Shown here one piece after another: positions 17,633 to 26,409 of a DNA stretch of 64,000 nucleotides. Below the pieces are notes generated by a model. It was not told the origin of the DNA and did not search any database. It saw only the letters and a list, made by a program, of their open reading frames with translations. The translations under genes and the position numbers were made by a program. The stretch's first letter is position 1. Every line of letters starts with the position of its first letter. The stretch lies in NCBI GenBank assembly GCA_964202455.1, contig CAXNIJ010000004.1:36483-100482 (forward strand), in the 5' to 3' direction. Origin of the DNA: Candidatus Pacearchaeota archaeon (lineage in GTDB: Archaea > Nanobdellota > Nanobdellia > Pacearchaeales > GW2011-AR1).

Positions 17633-18606
17633 CTTCTGTATAGCTCTTCTATAATTTCTTCTATTGGTGGATCTTCAATAACAATATCTTCTATTTCATA
17701 TTTTGAAAGAAATTTATCTAAAACTTTTCTTATTGAAGTTCTAGTTCGGTCTATTTCGGCAATTACTTTATAGGGTTCTTGGTGAATAATTTTCACATAA
17801 GGCATTTTTTCTAGGTGTTCTACTGGTTCTTCAAAATAGAGCTCTAAAATTTTATGCTTTATCTTGTCTTTTATGGAATCCATTGAACCTTCATAGACTA
17901 TTTTCCCATGATTTATTACAATTATTCTTGGGCAGAGTTCTTCAATATCCTTTATATCATGGGATGTTAGAATTATAGTAGTTTTCTCTTGCTCATTTAA
18001 TTTTTTGATAAATTCTCTCATTTTCTTCTTTGCTATTATGTCTAGACCTATTGTGGGTTCATCTAGGAAAAGAACTTCTGGCTTATGGAGTAAAGAAGCT
18101 ACGAATTCACACCTCATCCTTTCGCCCAGAGAGAGTTTTCTAACTGGAGTCTTCATTAGATCTTGTATCTCGAATAGTTTTACTAAAGAGTCTCTCCTTT
18201 TTTCATATTCTTTTTGATCTAAGTCGTAGATTTTTGAGAAAAGGTCAAATGAGTCTATTGCTGGGAGATGATATGAAAGTTGCTGTCTCTGACCAAAAAT
18301 AGTTCCTATCTTGTAAGCTAATTTAACTCTATCTTCTTGAGGATTAAATCCTAGAACAGACATTCTGCCTGAAGTTGGAAATAAAATTCCTGAGAGCATT
18401 TTTATTGTTGTGCTTTTACCTGCTCCGTTAGGACCAATGAACCCTACAATTTCTCCTTTCTTAATTTCAAATGAGAGATTGTCTACTGCCTTGACTGTTT
18501 TGTAAACTGGACGAAGCATACTTTTGAATGCCCCTTTTAATCCTGGATTTTTTACTTTTGTCTTAAATTCTTTAGAAACTCCTTTTACAATTATTGCATT
18601 CTCCAT
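17629..18606 (-). CDS. ABC transporter ATP-binding protein
   Basis: Walker A GPNGAGKSTT, signature LSLGERMR, Walker B LFLDEPTIGLD, H-loop TSHD. The start is taken at MENAIIVKGV (18606). Confidence 0.9.
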   Translation of the reverse strand: MENAIIVKGVSKEFKTKVKNPGLKGAFKSMLRPVYKTVKAVDNLSFEIKKGEIVGFIGPNGAGKSTTIKMLSGILFPTSGRMSVLGFNPQEDRVKLAYKIGTIFGQRQQLSYHLPAIDSFDLFSKIYDLDQKEYEKRRDSLVKLFEIQDLMKTPVRKLSLGERMRCEFVASLLHKPEVLFLDEPTIGLDIIAKKKMREFIKKLNEQEKTTIILTSHDIKDIEELCPRIIVINHGKIVYEGSMDSIKDKIKHKILELYFEEPVEHLEKMPYVKIIHQEPYKVIAEIDRTRTSIRKVLDKFLSKYEIEDIVIEDPPIEEIIEELYRR

Positions 18607-18634
18607 GCTCTTTTCTTTAACGAGAAGAGAGTTT

Positions 18635-19309
18635 TTAATTCTTCGTTTCATGCTTTTTGACGGCATTGTATATTCCCTGCTTGTTATTTGAGTAATAGGC
18701 CCACATTCTATCTCCATAAGACCAATGCCACCATTCTAGTGGATAGTTAGTGAATCCGACTTTTTTCATCAGATCAATTAACAATGAACGATTTTTTTGT
18801 TCTTCTTCTGTCAAGCCATTGCAGATAGTATGTGCTTTTTCGGATATTGAATTAATCTCTGAACCCATTGGCAATTCTTTTCCAGCTACATCAACTAAAG
18901 TTATGTCTACTGCTGCGCCAGTTGTATGGGGGGGAATAGTTTCTGGATTTGCAACCCACTTGTCTGTTTCTAAAATAAGTTCTTCTTTAGTCATTGATTG
19001 ATTTTTTTCTTTTATTTCTTCAAATACTAACTTATAGAGTTTTTTCTGTGTATCTAATGAACGAAAGCCATCTATGACTTTTATCTTAATGCTTTTATGA
19101 AGAAGAGATTGAGCTTGAGAGAGCATTATCGCAACACTTTCTCTGATGAAGCATTCGTCTTCCTTGAGATTTTCATATTCTCTTGAGAAAGAATTTATTT
19201 CTATGATGATATCTTTTGAATAATCTCTAAGTGAAACTAGAGATTCTTTTGATTCTATAACTGGAATTTTCATTAATTCAAAATCTGAAATTACTTCTTG
19301 TTCATTCAT
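18635..19309 (-). CDS. M15D D-alanyl-D-alanine dipeptidase (VanX/DdpX-like)
   Basis: DGFRSLDTQKKLY, PPHTTGAAVDITL and EWWHWSYGD correspond to the VanX zinc-ligand and catalytic motifs. Confidence 0.8.
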   Translation of the reverse strand: MNEQEVISDFELMKIPVIESKESLVSLRDYSKDIIIEINSFSREYENLKEDECFIRESVAIMLSQAQSLLHKSIKIKVIDGFRSLDTQKKLYKLVFEEIKEKNQSMTKEELILETDKWVANPETIPPHTTGAAVDITLVDVAGKELPMGSEINSISEKAHTICNGLTEEEQKNRSLLIDLMKKVGFTNYPLEWWHWSYGDRMWAYYSNNKQGIYNAVKKHETKN

Positions 19310-20025
19310 GATAATCTTTCTATCCTCCCTGTTAAAGATATGCCTGAATTAGTTTTTTCTACTTTCAACAAACCGCCAGGCATGAATATTTTTGATTCTC
19401 CTGTTTCTAGAGCAGCGGCAATTGAACCAGTTCCACATGCTGCAGTAAAGTCTTCTACTCCGGTTTCGAATGTCTGCGCAAATATTCCTTGATTAATCTT
19501 TTTTACAAATGTAATATTCGCGCGGTGTTTTTTTCTTAAAGAGCTGGCTTTTGTTTTGAAGTTCTCTAGAGAGTCTACAATTATCACTTTATGTATGACT
19601 CCCCCAATATTCCAACAATTATTTATTTTCCATACTTTTGAAAATTCTACCTTAACTTCTTCTCCAATTATATTATATCTAAATGATCTTCCGAATGAAT
19701 AAATCGTGCCATTATTTTCTACTAGTCCTTTGGTGTGAGTTGCAAATACACAGACGCGTAAAGCATTACCACAATTATCTCTTGAGCCATCTGGATTAAA
19801 AAATTTCATTATTAATTTCTTGTTAGATTTTAATTCTAGAAAAGAAAGACCCTCTGCGTTATGCTTTTTACAGAGTTTTATTATATTCGATTTAGAGAGG
19901 GTTTTCTTATTAAAAAAACGATGCGCCACCCTACCTTGAAAGGGAGGGTTTACGTCAAATTCCTTGATATTAAAAAATAAGATAAATCTATTATGGTTGC
20001 CATGCCATATTTCAAAGTTATTCAT
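19306..20025 (-). CDS. DapF-fold PLP-independent epimerase/racemase (diaminopimelate-epimerase-like)
   Basis: FEIWHGNHNRFILF (compare F.KmhGlGNDF), FNPDGSRDNCGNALRVC and AACGTGSIAAA. Both catalytic Cys motifs are present. At 239 aa it is short for DapF. Confidence 0.7.
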   Translation of the reverse strand: MNNFEIWHGNHNRFILFFNIKEFDVNPPFQGRVAHRFFNKKTLSKSNIIKLCKKHNAEGLSFLELKSNKKLIMKFFNPDGSRDNCGNALRVCVFATHTKGLVENNGTIYSFGRSFRYNIIGEEVKVEFSKVWKINNCWNIGGVIHKVIIVDSLENFKTKASSLRKKHRANITFVKKINQGIFAQTFETGVEDFTAACGTGSIAAALETGESKIFMPGGLLKVEKTNSGISLTGRIERLS

Positions 20026-21190
20026 GATAAACCTCCGTTCTTTGAAGAGTGTGTGGGGAACCTTTTTTAAGTGATTGTTGTATTCCTGCTTTACCGAATT
20101 GAGGATATACTACTCCGAAGCCTATTCTTTTCTTTAATTTCTCTTCTACTAGTAAACTTCCATCGTGCCCAGTACAAACTAACTCGACTTCGTCAAATCC
20201 TGGAACTTTATTGAAATATGGAATAAGCTTCCTAGCATACCCATCTGCTCCTGCCATAAACTGCCCGGCTAGATGAATTCTATAAAGACTATCTGTACCT
20301 GGATCTTTTCGTGCTGGACTAAGAGAGATATAACTTAGAACCGATAAGGTGGGTATTAATATTCCTTTTTTCATTGCATTTGGACTTTCCTCTGCAAGAA
20401 CACTTTCCACTTCCCCATTTCTTTGAAACTGGAATCTATCTGGATTCTCGAAGAATTTCACAGGACATAGCTCTCCCTTGTGCGATTTTGCTCTGAATAG
20501 ATAGGTTGTGCCATTTGACTTGTGCTTGTGCTTGTACACATCAGGTAAATCCATTTTCCAGAAAGGAAAACCTGCTTCTAGATCTTCTTCTAGTTTTTGA
20601 GCATATAAGTCTCTAGAAAGAGAAGCGGGAGTACCTGAAGAATTAATTCCTGCGAGAGATAAGAATCTCTTTCTTATATTTTGCAGAAAATCTAAAGTAG
20701 ATTTGCTTTGGGACGCTGAAGTTCTAATTGATTTTATTACCTCTGAAAATCTTTGTGCTACTAACGATTTATTCTCTTTCGAGAAGCCAGTATTTTTTAC
20801 TAAGTTATCAAATGGTTCTTCTGTTGATCTTATAATTTGATCCGGTCGATACTCTTGATTCTCTATTGTTCGGCCATAATCAAAAAATATTGGAATAAAT
20901 TGTTCTTTTCCATCCCTATCTTTTAGATTTGTTTCTAATCTATCTCCAAGGGGTTTTTCTTTCTCTGGAAAAGTGCCATCATAATCTTCTAGAAGCATAG
21001 CTAAATTGCCTGATCTTTCTTTAATCAAGTCTACTAATGCATATCCATGTATTTCATCTGAAGTGAGATTGGGGGTGCAATGTGCGAAACTTGAAGATAG
21101 AGAGTATTCTACGTATCTTTGAGGTTTTTCCGGAGCTTTCGAAGAGTCTATCTTTTCCAAGATATCTTTGGCTATTTGTTCATTAAGCAT
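20018..21190 (-). CDS. hypothetical protein (390 aa), no family recognised
   Basis: Long ORF that overlaps both neighbours by 8 nt, consistent with translational coupling. Confidence 0.7.
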   Translation of the reverse strand: MLNEQIAKDILEKIDSSKAPEKPQRYVEYSLSSSFAHCTPNLTSDEIHGYALVDLIKERSGNLAMLLEDYDGTFPEKEKPLGDRLETNLKDRDGKEQFIPIFFDYGRTIENQEYRPDQIIRSTEEPFDNLVKNTGFSKENKSLVAQRFSEVIKSIRTSASQSKSTLDFLQNIRKRFLSLAGINSSGTPASLSRDLYAQKLEEDLEAGFPFWKMDLPDVYKHKHKSNGTTYLFRAKSHKGELCPVKFFENPDRFQFQRNGEVESVLAEESPNAMKKGILIPTLSVLSYISLSPARKDPGTDSLYRIHLAGQFMAGADGYARKLIPYFNKVPGFDEVELVCTGHDGSLLVEEKLKKRIGFGVVYPQFGKAGIQQSLKKGSPHTLQRTEVYHE

Positions 21191-21482
21191 TTTTGCCCCC
21201 CACTAATAGAAGTGCTGAAAGTGAAAGAACTATCTTATCTGATTCTTTCTCTAAAAGACCTAGAGAATTGAGAGAACGTAGAATAGACCAAGATGTAGAC
21301 TCTGCGCAGTTTAGCTCTTGAGCGAGATTCTTTACAGTTTGAGTTGTTCGCTCATGCTCTTCTTTATCGAAAATTATCTTGAGAGCTTTTTTTTCTCTAG
21401 CAGTTAGTTTTTTCGAAGCTAATGCTATAAAAGAATGATGCAAATTTTTTTCATAGATTTTAGATATAGATTTAGTATTCAT
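21183..21482 (-). CDS. winged-helix transcriptional regulator
   Basis: The ATG at 21482 is preceded by GGAGG. VKNLAQELNCAESTSWSILRSLNSLGLLEK is a wHTH recognition helix plus wing. Confidence 0.6.
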   Translation of the reverse strand: MNTKSISKIYEKNLHHSFIALASKKLTAREKKALKIIFDKEEHERTTQTVKNLAQELNCAESTSWSILRSLNSLGLLEKESDKIVLSLSALLLVGGKNA

Positions 21483-21639
21483 AAGAGGTTCCTCCAAAAA
21501 GAAAGTAAGAGAAATTCTCTTAAGAATAACGTAGGCCAAGCCAGGCGAAGTACATTCTTGTATTCACTGGTTGGACCTGTGTTTTCATACCATTATTTAA
21601 GAAAGCACCTTTAAAAATGTTTTCTGCAGAAAAAACCGG

Positions 21640-21850
21640 AGTGGTTTTTTTATGTCAAGGAACTTGAAATAAACTCCAGCTCATCAAGAATCTGCTGATT
21701 CTTGAGTGCCATCAAGGACTTTCATCCTTGAGGTTTAAGCTGGAGATGGTTCCTTGAGCATCCAAAGCACGAGCGCTTATTCAAACCCCAACTTTTAAGT
21801 TGGGGTAGCGCATCGTGCTTTTGATTTTAGAAAGACTTAAAAACTCTTTA
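21640..21850. repeat. hairpin-rich intergenic element, copy 1 (candidate structured RNA)
   Basis: Shares about 75 nt at one end and about 36 nt plus GAAAGNCTTAAAA at the other end with 40030-40250. Nested helices: CAAGGAAC/GTTCCTTG, CTCCAGCT/AGCTGGAG, TCAAGAATC/GATTCTTGA (21684-21705), CAAGGA/TCCTTG, AAAGCACGA/TCGTGCTTT, CCCCAACT/AGTTGGGG (21786-21805). Confidence 0.6.
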
Positions 21851-21864
21851 ATGGAAGTATTTTT

Positions 21865-22188
21865 ATGGTATATAAATTTGCACCAAATTATAAGCTTCAT
21901 CAATTTGATGATGAAATAGATGAGTCAGTTAATGAAATATCTCAACTATCTATTCCAGAGAAAAATTATGTTCTTCCTAGAGGACAAATAAGATCTTTTG
22001 AAGGATTTTATCAAGGAGGACTTCGTTCACAAGGAATGAATTCTGGAAGTTATCTTGAAAGCATATCTAAATCTCGAGGATATCATGCTCCAGAAAGATC
22101 TAAAGGAGAGTATAAAGATCATGAGAAAAACGGAGGCGGGCTAGGTGGAGCTACAATGACGTTAAGCAGTATGCGTGGACTACGTTAG
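21865..22188 (+). CDS. hypothetical protein
   Basis: 107-aa ORF, Gly-rich near the C-terminus. Confidence 0.45.
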   Translation: MVYKFAPNYKLHQFDDEIDESVNEISQLSIPEKNYVLPRGQIRSFEGFYQGGLRSQGMNSGSYLESISKSRGYHAPERSKGEYKDHEKNGGGLGGATMTLSSMRGLR

Positions 22189-22218
22189 TTATTTAAACCT
22201 TCTTTTGCACTTCTCGTT

Positions 22219-22686
22219 ATGGATTTAGTTACTCTCAAAAAAGAATATCTAGTTATTGAAAAAAAGTACAAACTCCCTTCTTTTTCTGAAATTAATGCTA
22301 TATTTGAGATTGAGAAAATAGAACAAGATACGGAAAATTTGGCTAGAGCAGTCAGAAAATTTATGATAGATAAGGTTCTAAATACGCTATCTTTTATCGA
22401 AATGCTTATTCAACAAGTTAATGCCCCTAGACTCTATCAAAATTATCTTAGGACAATTCCTGTAAAAGATAAAGAATCTCTCCAAAAAATATATGAAAAA
22501 CTTGGAGAGTTGAGTTTGCTTTCTTTAGTTCTTGAAGTTGATACTAATGAAAAGAAAGAATGTGATGCGATAGTTAAATTCTATGAAACTTGGAAGTCAA
22601 TCAAACCCGCCCTATTATTAATTTTAGAATCTATCCAGCGACCTGCTACGCAGGAAGCTAAGAAAGAAAAAAGTTATTTTGGATAG
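22219..22686 (+). CDS. hypothetical protein
   Basis: 155-aa ORF with helical composition. Confidence 0.5.
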   Translation: MDLVTLKKEYLVIEKKYKLPSFSEINAIFEIEKIEQDTENLARAVRKFMIDKVLNTLSFIEMLIQQVNAPRLYQNYLRTIPVKDKESLQKIYEKLGELSLLSLVLEVDTNEKKECDAIVKFYETWKSIKPALLLILESIQRPATQEAKKEKSYFG

Positions 22687-22699
22687 TTAGAATAATTCC

Positions 22700-22996
22700 T
22701 TAGAGGTCTTCTTGAGTTTTAAACCAGGAAGCTAGTAGTTCTTGTGCAGGAATTAAGTGGTACTCTACTTCGTGCTTTTCAAATAAAATCGATTCTATTT
22801 CTCTTAATTTATCCAGAAATTTTTCTTTATTTTTCTGTTTAATTAATTCATTAGTTATTTCTTTATATTTTGGAGCAAAGTTTGCAAGCTCTGAAAGATG
22901 AAAACATATGACGTTTGCCTTTTCTCCTTCAAGTCCCCATTTTTCAAAAGCATAGCAAAGTTTTTCATAATATTTATGAGTAATGTCTTTGGGCAT
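22700..22996 (-). CDS. hypothetical protein
   Basis: 98-aa ORF that begins 4 nt after pheT ends. Confidence 0.5.
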   Translation of the reverse strand: MPKDITHKYYEKLCYAFEKWGLEGEKANVICFHLSELANFAPKYKEITNELIKQKNKEKFLDKLREIESILFEKHEVEYHLIPAQELLASWFKTQEDL

Positions 22997-22999
22997 GGC

Positions 23000-24622
23000 C
23001 TATTTGAGAAACGGTTCAAGATTTATTTCAAATAATGAAACGGGCATTTTAATTCCCCAATTCTTAAGGGCTTCTGGGTGCATTTCACCCATAATTCCTA
23101 TTGATTTTCCATCTATAATGATTTCTCCCGTCCTGCCTTCCATAAGTCCGGGTTGAGATGATTCTTTAACGGTATATGAAATATTAAATGTTCTGAATAG
23201 ATAATCTAGAATTTGTTTGATTTCAGTAAAATTGCCTGGAGAAGATGCGACAATAATTTTTTTTGATTCTGCAATGCCTGTTTCAAACTTTGAATCTTTG
23301 GAAAATACTGTTCCTATCTCAAATAACTTTTGTGGATATTCGTGATCTTTGTTTTCTGCCAGTATACGAAGAGTTGAAATTCTTAAAGAGGGTCTGAGAA
23401 ATTTATATTCAGTTTTTGAATTTTCAACTTCTATTTTTTCACTGTGAGTCATCTTTATCTCCTCTTCTTTAACAAGATGATAAGAAGAAATTTCTGTTAG
23501 AGTGAGTCCAATTAATAAGTCGGAAATTTTAGAGATAATTTTTTCACTAGATAATTCTTCTCCGATTGTTGCAATAGAGGGCATTTCTGGAATTAGCTTA
23601 TCGTATCCATAAGCTATGGCTATATCCTCTGTGAAGTCTACTTCGTGTAATATGTCTGTTCTCCAAGCAGAATACTTAACTGTGTCTTTTGTATATTCGT
23701 GCCCCATTCTTGCTAGAAGTTTTTCTACTTCTTTTTCTTTTAATGATAAACCTAGAAGAGTATTAATATTGTCTATAGAGATTTTCATACTTTGGTAAGA
23801 CAGATTTGGAATAATTAATTTTTCTCCATTTGTTTGAACGCAAGTAATTGTTTCTATTTTCCCACCCATATCTGCAATAGCGATTGCAAGAATAGTCAAT
23901 GCTTGCTGTATCACCTTAATATCTGTTCCCGTAGCTTCTATGAAAACATCTGAAGTTGATTCATTTATTTTTCCTAAATCATGTGAATTAATAATTGGGG
24001 GCATAGACATAATTTCATCTTTTGCATCGATAAATACTGGGAAGGATTTCCAATCTGAACATATCTGTGCATATTCTCTTCCTGTCTGATGCGCAGATAA
24101 AATTTGTTTACCTGTAATCGCGTGAGGATATTCTAAAGGCCTGAACTTTATCTTTTCTGGATTCATTCCCAAGAATCTAACTGGGAACTTTATTTTATCT
24201 AGGGGATAAATTCCAAGTCCGCCTTTTTTTCTTTTACGAAGTAATGTTGATCCTAATTTCTCTTGAATATCTATAATTTCTTTTATTTTCTCGTCGTTGA
24301 ATTTTATCCCTCTAACTATGCAAGCAACTGCATAGGGCCATTCTGTTGGAATAGATTTTTCAACTATGACTTTTTCCATTCCTTTTTTTAGAGAATATTT
24401 CTTTAATCCCGTTTCTTTTCCTAGATAAGACTTCATTGCTCTAATAAATCCTTGAAGAGATATTAAATCTGGACGATTTGGGAAGACTTCTATCTCTAAA
24501 GAATCTGAAGATAAAGTTGCTGGAGTTCCGAACATATTAATTGATTCTAAAGTTTTTTCATCTAATTTGAAATGTTTTTCTAATTCTTTGCGATTTAGAG
24601 TTATGTTTGCCATTAGTTCCAC
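23000..24622 (-). CDS. pheT: phenylalanine--tRNA ligase beta subunit (archaeal type)
   Basis: 540 aa with archaeal PheT layout (B3/4 and B5 regions, C-terminal catalytic-like fold). Located in an operon with pheS. Confidence 0.85.
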   Translation of the reverse strand: MELMANITLNRKELEKHFKLDEKTLESINMFGTPATLSSDSLEIEVFPNRPDLISLQGFIRAMKSYLGKETGLKKYSLKKGMEKVIVEKSIPTEWPYAVACIVRGIKFNDEKIKEIIDIQEKLGSTLLRKRKKGGLGIYPLDKIKFPVRFLGMNPEKIKFRPLEYPHAITGKQILSAHQTGREYAQICSDWKSFPVFIDAKDEIMSMPPIINSHDLGKINESTSDVFIEATGTDIKVIQQALTILAIAIADMGGKIETITCVQTNGEKLIIPNLSYQSMKISIDNINTLLGLSLKEKEVEKLLARMGHEYTKDTVKYSAWRTDILHEVDFTEDIAIAYGYDKLIPEMPSIATIGEELSSEKIISKISDLLIGLTLTEISSYHLVKEEEIKMTHSEKIEVENSKTEYKFLRPSLRISTLRILAENKDHEYPQKLFEIGTVFSKDSKFETGIAESKKIIVASSPGNFTEIKQILDYLFRTFNISYTVKESSQPGLMEGRTGEIIIDGKSIGIMGEMHPEALKNWGIKMPVSLFEINLEPFLK

Positions 24623-24870
24623 CTTCCTCTTTCAAGCATAATTCCTATAACTGCGTAACCGATAATATCTTTCCAAGTATCTTCTACTGTTTCTTTATCT
24701 TGAATATTATTCTCGATCATGTGTTTAAGTCTTTCTAATTTTTCTTCTAGTCTAGTTATTATTCCTGACTTTCCAATTTTATCAATATTTTTATCTCCAT
24801 ATGTTTTATTCTTCATAATAAGAAGTTCACTTATTTCCTCAATAATTTTTTTCATCTCTGGTTCATTCAT
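24613..24870 (-). CDS. DUF1599-like small helical protein
   Basis: LIMKNKTYGDKN....ITRLEEKLERLKH resembles the K..DYG / ..R...K..R motif of DUF1599. Overlaps the pheS stop and the pheT start. Confidence 0.45.
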   Translation of the reverse strand: MNEPEMKKIIEEISELLIMKNKTYGDKNIDKIGKSGIITRLEEKLERLKHMIENNIQDKETVEDTWKDIIGYAVIGIMLERGRWN

Positions 24871-26387
24871 ATTGCCACCTGCTTTTCTCTTAATAATTTA
24901 ATGTCATTTGAATACATTTCGCGAAGATCTTTGATTTTATAGGCATCCATGATTATTCTATCGAATCCCTGTCCCCAAGCTAAAACGGGAATATTTTTTC
25001 CTAGAAGAGGAATTACTACTTCTGGACGAAAGACTCCTGCTCCGCCTAACTCCACCCATATTTTCTTTTCAGGATGGAATACTTCAATTTCTACGCTTGG
25101 CTCAGTGTATGCGAAAAAACTGGGACGGAAGCGAATTTTCTCAAAACCCATTTTTTTATAGAACTGTTTTAAATAACCTAGAAGATTACGGAAGTTTGCA
25201 TTTTTATCGATTACAATTCCCTCCGCTTGATAGAATTCAAATCCATGGCTCCAATCAAGAGTTTCATTTCTGAATACTTTATCTATAATGAAATATTTTG
25301 CAGGAAGATCTTTTTCTTTTAGTGATGTGAGAGTTCTTGCTGAGACTGATGTTGTGTGGGTACGAAGAAGAACTTTTTGCGCTTCCTTTTCGATCCAATT
25401 ATATCTCCAGCCCTTGCTGCCTGAAACTCCTGACTCATGAGATGCTTTTACATTCTTCACTATTTCCTTATCTGGAGTTTTGCCATCTATTCCTTTAATA
25501 AAGAAAGTATCTTGCATTTCGCGAGCAGGATGATCTTGAGGAGTGAAAAGTGCCTCAAATACCCAGAATGATGTGTCTACCATTGAGCCTGACATTTCTT
25601 TAAATCCCATGTCTATCCAGATTTTTTTTGCATCAGTTCTAGCTTGAAGTGTGAAATGTTTTTTTCCTCCAGTTATTTTAGGAACTGCAGCTTGTAAGTC
25701 ATATGCTCTAAATTTTTTTCCTTTTGTCCAGGAACGAATTACCTCTGGAGTAACTTCTTCTAGAAAATCAGATTCTATTGATTTTCCAGCTATTTCTTTT
25801 CCTAGAGAAGTTAATTCAAATGATGTGCAATTTGTTTTAACAATTTCAATAATATCTTTGCGTTTGCGAAGTTGCTCTATTGCATGGAGATTTTCCGGAG
25901 CAAGACGAGATTGTTCAATGGGTAGTATCTCAATTAACCTTTCTTCTAGAGTTTTCTTAATTAGTTCCTCTTTATTTGCACTTAAAACTAGTTTTCCATT
26001 GATTATTGAAATAAGTGCTTTATTTTTTAATACTCCCAAAGCTACTTTGAATTCATTTTCTGAAAGTTTTGCTGATTTTTTTGCTTCTTCAAGAGAAAGA
26101 GAACCTTGAACTTCTAGTGTGATAAGAAGGTTTCTTTCTGGAAGATGGTTTTTTTTATAAAATACTCCATTTATGCCAAGTTCTACAATTGTCTGTTCTT
26201 TCACTTCTAATTTTACAAATCCCTTGTTTTCAAGAAATTTGAGAGCACGTAGAACCGAAACGCTATCTAATCCTGATTTTTTTTCTATTTCTTCAATGGG
26301 TTGCTTTAAGAAAGGAACAATCTTTCTTTCCATCGGAGATAACATTTCAATTAGCTTTTGAAGTTCGTCGGAAGACTTTTTTTCCAT
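24867..26387 (-). CDS. pheS: phenylalanine--tRNA ligase alpha subunit (archaeal type)
   Basis: N-terminal wHTH repeats. Class II motifs: HPAREMQDTFF, FRNETLDWSHGFEFYQAEG, GAGVFRPEV. Confidence 0.9.
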   Translation of the reverse strand: MEKKSSDELQKLIEMLSPMERKIVPFLKQPIEEIEKKSGLDSVSVLRALKFLENKGFVKLEVKEQTIVELGINGVFYKKNHLPERNLLITLEVQGSLSLEEAKKSAKLSENEFKVALGVLKNKALISIINGKLVLSANKEELIKKTLEERLIEILPIEQSRLAPENLHAIEQLRKRKDIIEIVKTNCTSFELTSLGKEIAGKSIESDFLEEVTPEVIRSWTKGKKFRAYDLQAAVPKITGGKKHFTLQARTDAKKIWIDMGFKEMSGSMVDTSFWVFEALFTPQDHPAREMQDTFFIKGIDGKTPDKEIVKNVKASHESGVSGSKGWRYNWIEKEAQKVLLRTHTTSVSARTLTSLKEKDLPAKYFIIDKVFRNETLDWSHGFEFYQAEGIVIDKNANFRNLLGYLKQFYKKMGFEKIRFRPSFFAYTEPSVEIEVFHPEKKIWVELGGAGVFRPEVVIPLLGKNIPVLAWGQGFDRIIMDAYKIKDLREMYSNDIKLLREKQVAI

Positions 26388-26409
26388 ATTAGGTTAAGGA
26401 ATAAAGGGA

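Noticed and set aside
21655-21715. Short minus-strand peptide MALKNQQILDELEFISSSLT inside the repeat element
   Set aside because: The second copy reads MALKNQRFLTSWSFSQVP because a 1-nt loop-length difference shifts the frame. Conservation is at the level of RNA helices, not protein.
21640-21850. Reading the repeat element as a C/D-box sRNA (TGATGAG / TGATGGC / CTGA boxes) or as a ydaO-type c-di-AMP riboswitch
   Set aside because: The box-like strings occur in the wrong 5'-to-3' order and are not conserved between copies. The G-rich segment resembling GGGGUGAAU exists only in copy 1. Both are kept only as ideas to test.
25651-26109. 152-aa plus-strand ORF and other plus-strand ORFs across 24949-27430
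   Set aside because: They are antisense to pheS, Rpp30 and pyrH. Ser/Phe/Ile-rich shadow frames.
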